DNA of 64,000 nucleotides, from positions 1 to 64,000 of the IMG/VR virus record IMGVR_UViG_3300037067_007554; one strand, given 5' to 3'. Under the pieces are notes generated by a model. It was not told where the DNA came from. It made no database searches and saw only the letters and a program-made list of their open reading frames with translations. Of the stretch, positions 45,724-52,467 are shown in pieces. Origin of the DNA: a virus. Lineage: Duplodnaviria; Caudoviricetes. The translations under genes and the position numbers were made by a program. Each line of letters starts with the position of its first letter. Positions within the stretch are counted from its first letter, which is position 1.

Positions 45724-46272
45724 ATGATTACGCAAGCAGTTCCCGACTACATGACCTTCCAATACTGGTACGACCTGCCAGTCAAACGGAAAAAGTGGCC
45801 CTACAAGAGCCTGGATGATTGGGTGGCGAGAAATCCAGGTCGGGCGGCAGGTGTTGCCCACTTCGCACCGCAGGTCGTTCGGTACTATACGAGTGGTACT
45901 TTTGGCCCAGGTGGAACCGGCGATGCAAACTGGCGTCCCATGGGGGCTCAACGGGAAATCACACTGGCTGAGTACCATGAGTTAGTTGAAACTCCACTTT
46001 GGGAACGTCCCGCAGTCATGCCCGTGTGGCGTGGTGCCACCGACCTGACGCCGATACGCAAGAATGGGAAGAAATCCAAGCCGATCAAGGTGAAGGTTGC
46101 CGCCGTCCACCAGGTCACAGCCGCTCGTTGCCAACCTGCGCCCATGCCGCCAGTGAAGCCGACCATCGAGCAGCGATACGCCAACTACTGCGGGGCGTGC
46201 TCGATGCTGGAGAAGCCCCCTGAGGACATGGGGGTGTGGATGCTACGGATGGCGGGGATGGGAGTGCTGTAG
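45724..46272 (+). CDS. hypothetical protein
   Basis: 182-codon ORF in operon orientation. Confidence 0.6.
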   Translation: MITQAVPDYMTFQYWYDLPVKRKKWPYKSLDDWVARNPGRAAGVAHFAPQVVRYYTSGTFGPGGTGDANWRPMGAQREITLAEYHELVETPLWERPAVMPVWRGATDLTPIRKNGKKSKPIKVKVAAVHQVTAARCQPAPMPPVKPTIEQRYANYCGACSMLEKPPEDMGVWMLRMAGMGVL

Positions 46273-46388
46273 TTGCAGTACGTGAGACACGACAGTAGCT
46301 TACAGGAGTACCTTCCCGCCCCAGAGGGCTCTACGGAGCCCGAAGGGATGGAGAGTTACGAAACACCACTACACGAAAGGCGAGAACC

Positions 46389-46679
46389 ATGCCCCTAAAC
46401 CTGTACGAAGACTCAAAGGAAAATCGTGTGCTGTGTAACTGCTGTGCGGCCAGCCGTGGGCTGTGCAAGAACCGCCTGGACACTGCCGACGACGACGCCG
46501 AATGCGAGGACTGCGGGTTGAACGTCTTTGAGGAGCGGATCGCCGCTTGTGTTGAACAGGCGAAGGCGGCCGGATTCGAGGTGTTCACCAGCGATAACAA
46601 GCTCGTCGTACAGAAGCCGCTCCAAATCCAGAACCAAACGGCGGGATACGACAATCGAGCCGAAGCGGCCGGGCTGTAG
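46389..46679 (+). CDS. Cys-rich hypothetical protein
   Basis: CNCC..C..CEDCG. Confidence 0.6.
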   Translation: MPLNLYEDSKENRVLCNCCAASRGLCKNRLDTADDDAECEDCGLNVFEERIAACVEQAKAAGFEVFTSDNKLVVQKPLQIQNQTAGYDNRAEAAGL

Positions 46680-46756
46680 CCGGTCCCCGCCCCGCCCGGC
46701 GAAGCATTCAGCGGGGGCCGACAACTGAGCCCGAGTGACAACTAAGGAGGTGCGAA

Positions 46757-47038
46757 ATGATGCACTGGCAATATGACGATGTGTATGGAAAGTATCTTGG
46801 TCATCCAACGCCCTGCGTGGTGTTCCACGAGATCGACCCAGCCAGCGATCAACCCGGAAACGCCGGCATGGTCTGTGAGAACATCAGCCGGCCAGAATGG
46901 GGACACCTGATTGAAGCCGCCCCGCGAATGCTGGAGCGACTACGGGCGATCCTCACCGCCTACGACGCAAATGACAGCCACAGCGTCCGTGAGGAAATTG
47001 AGAATGCCCGCTCCATCGTCGCCAAGAACACCGTCTGA
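46757..47038 (+). CDS. phage protein with LIEAAP.ML motif
   Basis: AAGGAGGT RBS; resembles the widespread ..LIAAAP.LL family. Confidence 0.7.
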   Translation: MMHWQYDDVYGKYLGHPTPCVVFHEIDPASDQPGNAGMVCENISRPEWGHLIEAAPRMLERLRAILTAYDANDSHSVREEIENARSIVAKNTV

Positions 47039-47153
47039 CGGTCCCCACCTCACCCCGGTGTGGCGCCCGGGGCCTGGCGGTGACCGTCAACGCGGGGGAC
47101 AGACCTCCGCACTCGCCCGCTGAGTGAGCGGGAAAAAAAACGGGAGACGAGCC

Positions 47154-47372
47154 GTGAGAGTAACAATCGACGAACAGGGCCGCGGCCTGCAGATCCGACC
47201 AGGCGTGGACGTGGGCGCCTACGGTCTGGGCCTGGCTCCTGGGGATCGCGTCTGGGTGCCGCGAGCCCAAGCGTGGGGGCGAGTGGTGAGTATCGGGACC
47301 CGCATCGAGAGTGGGACGCCCGGCACCGGGCAAAGCAACCGCGTCCGAGGCGAGGTTGAGATCGAATCGTAG
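47154..47372 (+). CDS. cassette gene 1, hypothetical
   Basis: GGAGACGAG RBS after repeat 1; GTG start. Confidence 0.6.
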   Translation: MRVTIDEQGRGLQIRPGVDVGAYGLGLAPGDRVWVPRAQAWGRVVSIGTRIESGTPGTGQSNRVRGEVEIES

Positions 47373-47418
47373 CGAGCCAACTCGCCCGCTGAGTGAGCGG
47401 GGCAAGGAGACGAGAGAG

Positions 47419-47748
47419 ATGATTACTGATGAAAGAATCCGCGACATTTTGGCCCGCTGCACGGTGGACGGCAAACACACATCGGGCGGCGACGGCAAGC
47501 TGCCAGCGAAGGACCGGGGGTTCTGCCCGATCGACGGCGTGCCAGACGAGACAATCGGCGTGCAGCAAGTCCGCGATGCGATTTCCCGTGTGGTTGTGGA
47601 CGGCCGCGATGATGATCGAGACATCCTCGACGCAATCGAGGCCGCCTACGATGTGGCGTGGCTCGATTTCTGCGCGCGAGAACATCCAGACTGGGTGCGA
47701 TCCGCGGTGGATGACGTGTGCTTCACTGCCTCACTGTCCAACACCTAA
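47419..47748 (+). CDS. cassette gene 2, hypothetical
   Basis: AAGGAG RBS after repeat 2. Confidence 0.7.
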   Translation: MITDERIRDILARCTVDGKHTSGGDGKLPAKDRGFCPIDGVPDETIGVQQVRDAISRVVVDGRDDDRDILDAIEAAYDVAWLDFCAREHPDWVRSAVDDVCFTASLSNT

Positions 47749-47797
47749 CGCCCCCAGGCACTCGCCCGGGAGACGCCGGGAAGAAGGAGATGAGACG

Positions 47798-48004
47798 ATG
47801 AAATGGTACGAGAAAAACGACGTGGTGGCTGAACTGGTCAAGCGATTCCCCGAAGCCGACCCCGGACCCGCAGGGCTGTGGGGATTCGTCAACGCAGGAT
47901 GGGAGGGGCCAGTTGACGACAACGACCTGGACAACTGGGCCGAGGCGTGGAAAGACGCCGAGCAGGACTGGGCCGAGGCGTGGAAAGGCACCGGAGGCGG
48001 TTAG
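47798..48004 (+). CDS. cassette gene 3, small acidic Trp-rich protein
   Basis: AAGGAGATGAGACG-ATG after repeat 3; WAEAWK twice. Confidence 0.7.
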   Translation: MKWYEKNDVVAELVKRFPEADPGPAGLWGFVNAGWEGPVDDNDLDNWAEAWKDAEQDWAEAWKGTGGG

Positions 48005-48061
48005 AAACCACCCACCACCAAGCACTCGCCCGCAGAGTGGAGCGGGAAAAGGAAAGATGAG

Positions 48062-48403
48062 ATGACGACCAAAGCGCAACTTGGAATCACCCCCGAGTTT
48101 TTGCGATTCACGGATGCCGTAGCCTACCTGACGTGGTCTCTGAGCGGGCATCCCCCCTATCCCGCATCGGCGGCTCCGGGCCTGGCGGGGGAGGCGGTCG
48201 CCCTGCTGCCAGCATTTCGCCACTGGATGATCGCCAACGAGTGGGCAATGACGGAGGCTCAGCAACTCCGCGACATCCTCGACGTCCACCCGGAGTTGGG
48301 CTATTGGGACACGACGCCGATGTCGGCTGATGTGTTGCAGGCAATACGGATTTTTGAGTTGTCCCGAGACGATGCTGTCCGATTGCTGGGCGGCTCGCCG
48401 TAA
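48062..48403 (+). CDS. cassette gene 4, hypothetical
   Basis: RBS after repeat 4. Confidence 0.7.
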   Translation: MTTKAQLGITPEFLRFTDAVAYLTWSLSGHPPYPASAAPGLAGEAVALLPAFRHWMIANEWAMTEAQQLRDILDVHPELGYWDTTPMSADVLQAIRIFELSRDDAVRLLGGSP

Positions 48404-48474
48404 CCGCCGCAAGGCACTCGCCCGCAGAGAGGAGCGGGGCCGGCACCGGGTGACGAGGTGCAGGAGATGAGACC

Positions 48475-48873
48475 ATGCGTAAGGTATACCGCACCGTGAA
48501 AGAGGCCCGCAACGCCCTCGCCCTGGACACCGGGTTTGACCCATTCCACACGGGCTACGTCAAAGGACGTTGCACCAAGATCGCTCTCGCGCGGCTCGGC
48601 TATCCGGTAGACAAGAAACTCGCGGAGCAACAGGCAGCCGAGCGGCGACGAAAGCTCCTGACGTCCGCAGAAGCAGAGAGCCTGCTCCGCCCAGTCGGCC
48701 GCTGTGCCAAGGGCCACATGTGGTCCGTGGACCAGCACGGGCGCGATTGCCCAGAGTGTGGCGGACCCGAGATCATGGATATGGAGTGTGACAACGGGCA
48801 CAAATGGAAGGCCGCCTACAATGCCGGGCCTGAGTCCGATAAATGCCCAAAATGCGGAGAGTATTACGTGTAG
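48475..48873 (+). CDS. cassette gene 5, C-terminal Zn-ribbon protein
   Basis: AGGAGATGAGACC-ATG; CAKGH..CPECG..CDNGH..CPKCG. Confidence 0.75.
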   Translation: MRKVYRTVKEARNALALDTGFDPFHTGYVKGRCTKIALARLGYPVDKKLAEQQAAERRRKLLTSAEAESLLRPVGRCAKGHMWSVDQHGRDCPECGGPEIMDMECDNGHKWKAAYNAGPESDKCPKCGEYYV

Positions 48874-48994
48874 CACGGTCCCCGCCTCGCCCTGGTACTG
48901 CCAGCCCGGGGCCTGGCGGTAACCGTCCGCGGTGGCGCATGACCTCCGCACTCGCCCGCAGAGTAAGTTGGAGCCAAAAAGGGGAGACGAGACG

Positions 48995-49153
48995 ATGGAC
49001 GCCACACATCATGGCATGACGATTCTCGCCGTGCGCGAGATTGAGACTGGACAAATCGAAACGTATGAATGTCTAAACTACGACACGGCGCGCGCTCGCA
49101 GCGGCCGACCACGGCAACGATCCCGAGGACTGGGAGCCGGCGGAATCCGCTGA
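48995..49153 (+). CDS. cassette gene 6, short hypothetical (possibly truncated)
   Basis: GGGGAGACGAGACG-ATG after repeat 6. Confidence 0.5.
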   Translation: MDATHHGMTILAVREIETGQIETYECLNYDTARARSGRPRQRSRGLGAGGIR

Positions 49154-49174
49154 GTGATTTACGGGGTGAGAGAC

Positions 49175-49516
49175 ATGGGTAGGCCATCAAGAATATGGAC
49201 ACGTGCGCAACGACGACTGCTTGGTACTGTGCCCGATGCAGTCGCCGGCGCAAAACTCGGGTGCTGCGCCTCGACCGTCCGAAACTGGCGACGACGCTGG
49301 GGGATCGCCGGGTATTCCGAAGGTCCGCGTTGTACCGCCGTGACGAACGATGCGATCTTCGTTGGAATCTGGTGGTCGAGCGCGAATACTGAGGAGGTGG
49401 AAGTCCGCCTCAATCTCACCACGAGGCAGGTACGCAGCCAGAGCATCCGATTGCGCAGACATGGCGTGGTGCTAAAAGCGATGCCACGGCATCGGCGGCG
49501 CAAACCAATTTTCTGA
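49175..49516 (+). CDS. tandem HTH-like DNA-binding protein
   Basis: WT.AQRRLLGTVPD...GAKLGC..STVRNWRRRWGI pattern. Confidence 0.65.
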   Translation: MGRPSRIWTRAQRRLLGTVPDAVAGAKLGCCASTVRNWRRRWGIAGYSEGPRCTAVTNDAIFVGIWWSSANTEEVEVRLNLTTRQVRSQSIRLRRHGVVLKAMPRHRRRKPIF

Positions 49517-49584
49517 CCTGCAAATTTCCTGAAACGAGACTCGCCCGCTGAGTGAGCGGGGCAAGGGCAAAAGGAAAACCAAAC

Positions 49585-49785
49585 ATGACTATGACGTTGT
49601 CCGACATCCACTACAGGCTGAACACAATGCAGTCGAGCAAGCAGGCGTTCGACGTGCGAGATGAACTCATCGAGCTAACGCGGATCGTCAGCGACATGCA
49701 CGCCGCGCTGGGCGACCTGTCGCGAAAGGTCGAAAGACTCACGGAAGCAGCGGCCAAAGCGTCTTGCCAATGCCCTCTGACTTAG
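49585..49785 (+). CDS. cassette gene 7, coiled-coil hypothetical
   Basis: AAGGA RBS after repeat 7. Confidence 0.65.
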   Translation: MTMTLSDIHYRLNTMQSSKQAFDVRDELIELTRIVSDMHAALGDLSRKVERLTEAAAKASCQCPLT

Positions 49786-49807
49786 CCCACGAAAACAGAG
49801 GTGAACC

Positions 49808-50062
49808 ATGCGAACGCGAGAAGAACTCCGCGAGTGGCTGTGCGGTGAGATCGTCGATGTCATGGACAGCTACGATTGCAATGAGGACTCTGCTCGGCAA
49901 CACATTCGTGACATGCTCGTCGAGGGGCAGGACAGCTATAGCGACGTGACGGATGATGAGGTGCCGGTAGTGCTACGGCTAATTGAATCAGGAAGGAAAA
50001 GCGGCAAGAAGGGCAAGACCACCAAGCCCAAGAATCGGCACTCGTGGAATCGGAACTCGTGA
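49808..50062 (+). CDS. hypothetical protein (acidic N-terminus, basic tail)
   Basis: GAGGTGA RBS. Confidence 0.65.
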   Translation: MRTREELREWLCGEIVDVMDSYDCNEDSARQHIRDMLVEGQDSYSDVTDDEVPVVLRLIESGRKSGKKGKTTKPKNRHSWNRNS

Positions 50063-50126
50063 AAGAATGTGAAGGAACTCAATACCAAGCACTCGCCCGG
50101 GAGAGCCGGGTAAAGGAGATGAGACG

Positions 50127-50516
50127 ATGAGGATACAAGAGACACGCCGACTGCGGCAGTATGCAGTCTGCCAAACAGCACAAATCCAGGCACCGATGCT
50201 GGACCGACCCGTGACGCAACCAGAACACTGGAGTGACGAGGCGGCGGAAGCGGCCAAGCGAAGCGGCTATATCGTCTACTTTGCACTCGCAACCACTGGA
50301 GAGAGTCTCTGGGATTTCGAGCGATTCGCCCATGTCCCCATGGAGCACGCTCATCCCGTGGAGGTGCTCGACCACGTCCGAGCCTCAGCTCCGCCGTGGT
50401 GGGATGCAGACTCGGCAATCTACGCTTCGTATCGCGGAGGGCCTTGGTATCCGCGCGATTGGGATGAGGTTCTCGGAAAAATGGAAGTTCCACCCGCAAT
50501 GGTAATCGACGAGTGA
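50127..50516 (+). CDS. cassette gene 8, hypothetical
   Basis: AAGGAGATGAGACG-ATG after repeat 8. Confidence 0.7.
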   Translation: MRIQETRRLRQYAVCQTAQIQAPMLDRPVTQPEHWSDEAAEAAKRSGYIVYFALATTGESLWDFERFAHVPMEHAHPVEVLDHVRASAPPWWDADSAIYASYRGGPWYPRDWDEVLGKMEVPPAMVIDE

Positions 50517-50573
50517 TAGGGCGTTGTCTCGGGTTGTTGGCAAGGGGATGCCGGATTCATGGGGATCGACTAG

Positions 50574-50756
50574 ATGACAAACTACCAAGAGAAACGGACC
50601 ATCGAATTGTTGGACAGCATGGCGGAATCTATCGTCATGGCGAAGCCCGGCGACCGCGATAGCTTCGTGAGGGCAGTCGCAATCCTGCACTACTTGATCT
50701 GGGAGTCCCGGAAGATTCTCGACCTGCCGGATTTCCCCGGCCTGGACCCCTTGTAA
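50574..50756 (+). CDS. hypothetical protein
   Basis: Operon-tiling ORF. Confidence 0.55.
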   Translation: MTNYQEKRTIELLDSMAESIVMAKPGDRDSFVRAVAILHYLIWESRKILDLPDFPGLDPL

Positions 50757-50806
50757 GGAAGTGCTACGGCTTATCCACTCAGGAAGGAAAAAGGAGTAAT
50801 CACACT

Positions 50807-51004
50807 ATGACGAAATCTGATACGATCACAGTTACGCGATCAACGGACGAGGATGCCTCGGCCGTTGCCGCCCGCGCCGCGAAGAAAGCGGGGACGATGG
50901 TCGCCGGCAATTTGCGATGGTACGGTGCCAGGGGGCCAGCCTATCGAGAGGTACCCACGCGCGACGGCCGGACGGTCCGGGTCTGCGAGCCGATGGTCGA
51001 TTAG
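50807..51004 (+). CDS. hypothetical protein
   Basis: AAGGAG RBS. Confidence 0.6.
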   Translation: MTKSDTITVTRSTDEDASAVAARAAKKAGTMVAGNLRWYGARGPAYREVPTRDGRTVRVCEPMVD

Positions 51005-51128
51005 TGGAATGTCGGCGGTTGCGTGGGCTTGCGTGTTAGTGTCGGTCAGTGTCGGTCAGGTCGGGCGGAACCGGTCCGCAGAGAATCGCTCGGGTATACG
51101 AAAACACGTAGGTTTGTCCCATCCCTAC

Positions 51129-51156
51129 TTGACAGATGGTTCGCCGGTAGTACAAT
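51129..51156 (+). promoter_or_regulatory. strong sigma70-like promoter
   Basis: TTGACA-16 nt-TACAAT; TTTGTCCC motif just upstream (51113-51120). Confidence 0.75.
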
Positions 51157-51187
51157 AGCACGACCAGCCAACCAAGGAGCAAGTACC

Positions 51188-51376
51188 GTGGCTATTCTCG
51201 ATGGCAAACACGTACCGCCAGAAAACATTCGACCCTAGCGGCACCGACTCGTTGGCAAGTATCGGCCCCCTGAGCCGCCAATGGGGATGCCGCCAGCAAT
51301 TGCCATTCCCCTCTACCATGCCGGCGTGTACGACGAGGCAGTCTACGTCAGCCAGACCAAGGAGCGAGTAAAATGA
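51188..51376 (+). pseudogene. ORF with in-frame TAG at 51236-51238
   Basis: AAGGAG RBS + GTG 51188; the same frame ends in an ATGA overlap with the next gene. Confidence 0.4.
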
Positions 51377-51639
51377 GTCCTAGACGACCCGACCCGCCGA
51401 GCCCAGGGCAAGAGTACATTGGCAGGCAGGGAATGTACGCGATACGTTCCCGCTATCCCGACCAGCAGACCGGCGACGAAGAGTTGATCTTTCCAGTCCG
51501 CGTTACGGCGGTGAAGAAACGGTTCGGGCGGCTGTACTTCTTCATCACGCCAGTCGGCGGGGAGAATCACTGGTGGGTCGAGGACAAGATGGTGAAGTTC
51601 TCCTGTTCGGACGAGCCTTCGACCAACGGGAAGGAATAG
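51373..51639 (+). CDS. hypothetical protein (SH3/KOW-like beta pattern)
   Basis: YIGRQG..FPVRVTAVKKRFGRLYFFITPVGG...WV. Confidence 0.7.
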   Translation: MSPRRPDPPSPGQEYIGRQGMYAIRSRYPDQQTGDEELIFPVRVTAVKKRFGRLYFFITPVGGENHWWVEDKMVKFSCSDEPSTNGKE

Positions 51640-51658
51640 GGCAATCCTTTGGAAGAAT

Positions 51659-51898
51659 GATTCAAGAGCGAGGAAGTTGGGTAGGCTAAAACACGGCGAC
51701 CGGCCAAGTCTGCAAATCGCTCAGAGAGCCGCTGGGCGAGAAACGGACGCAGTACGCCACCGGCTTGTTAATCCGGCAGTCCCAACTTTCTCGCTCTTGA
51801 ATCAATCGCCCGGCTGCACTCGGGGAACTAAGGCCCTTAAAGGCTGATTGGCGCTACACACCTCGCGTCTCAGCTACCGTGCAGTCGGGCGTTTTTTT
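51659..51898 (+). ncRNA. candidate structured RNA / attenuator leader
   Basis: 23-bp stem 51659-51681/51781-51803 (one G-U) enclosing a multibranch domain; 13-bp stem 51807-51819/51879-51891 followed by T7. Confidence 0.6.
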
Positions 51899-51908
51899 GG
51901 ACCATCCG

Positions 51909-52130
51909 ATGCCAACTACACAAACATCCGCTGACCTCATGCCGCCAAAGGTGCCTCCTCTAGTTGCTACCAACTGGCCAGAAGACATCCAACGACTGGG
52001 CGATGCGATTGCAAAGTTGTCGGTCGAAAAGGCTCAAGAGTTGAAGGCGTATTTGGAAAGTAAGAAGATCGTGACGCCGGCAAGGGTGACCGAATCATGC
52101 AACGGGAAAACAGCCCCATCCAACTCGTAA
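51909..52130 (+). CDS. ribosomal protein bL12 (L7/L12) N-terminal-domain-like protein lacking the C-terminal domain
   Basis: WPEDIQRLGDAIAKLSVEKAQELKAYLE matches the recalled planctomycete bL12 NTD pattern I..LGD.I..L....A.EL..YL; ATG at 51909 or 51939. Confidence 0.65.
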   Translation: MPTTQTSADLMPPKVPPLVATNWPEDIQRLGDAIAKLSVEKAQELKAYLESKKIVTPARVTESCNGKTAPSNS

Positions 52131-52423
52131 AGTCTTCCATCAAGGCCCTCAAGCAGGAAGGCTTCAAGGAGGACTCTGGCACGTACAGGGCCCGCCTTCT
52201 GTATGCTCGAACCGTTGTGAAGAAAGACGATAGCGTGGAGATTCAATTTGCCCAACGGTCAACCTTCGACAGGTGGACTAACAGCACAAACTTCCGCGTG
52301 ACCATTGCAGCAAATTACAGAGGCCCCGTCAATCTCAAGCCCGCTGTGACACTAGCTCGAAGAATCTGTCGGTCCGGTGTCTTCGACTTTAACACCTACT
52401 TTCACACCATCGACCTTAGCTGA
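52097..52423 (+). CDS. hypothetical protein
   Basis: Operon-tiling ORF. Confidence 0.55.
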   Translation: MQRENSPIQLVKSSIKALKQEGFKEDSGTYRARLLYARTVVKKDDSVEIQFAQRSTFDRWTNSTNFRVTIAANYRGPVNLKPAVTLARRICRSGVFDFNTYFHTIDLS

Positions 52424-52467
52424 ATCAATTCAATTGAATCAGCCCTCCGACCCTTACGGAGCCCCTC

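Larger units (their letters stand above)
47110..50110 (+). repeat. dispersed intergenic repeat family CACTCGCCCG(C/G)..GAG..(G/C)CGGG, 8 copies, each heading one gene
   Basis: Copies at 47110, 47379, 47759, 48023, 48415, 48949, 49538, 50090; stem CCCGC/GCGGG switches to CCCGG/CCGGG in two copies. Confidence 0.9.

Noticed and set aside
47110-50110. CRISPR array interpretation of the CACTCGCCCG repeats
   Set aside because: Spacing is irregular (about 260-590 bp), each interval holds an ORF with an RBS, the repeats are degenerate, and no cas genes are present.
47110-50110. Classical integron (attC) array
   Set aside because: No RYYYAAC/GTTRRRY core-site pair around the repeats and no tyrosine integron-integrase in the window; kept only as an analogy.
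51708-51752. Hammerhead-ribozyme or c-di-GMP-I reading of CTGCAAA-stem-GAAAC-GGACGCA
   Set aside because: The core is CTGCAAA rather than CTGANGA, and the GEMM P2/P3 layout does not fit; retained only as an unnamed structured RNA.
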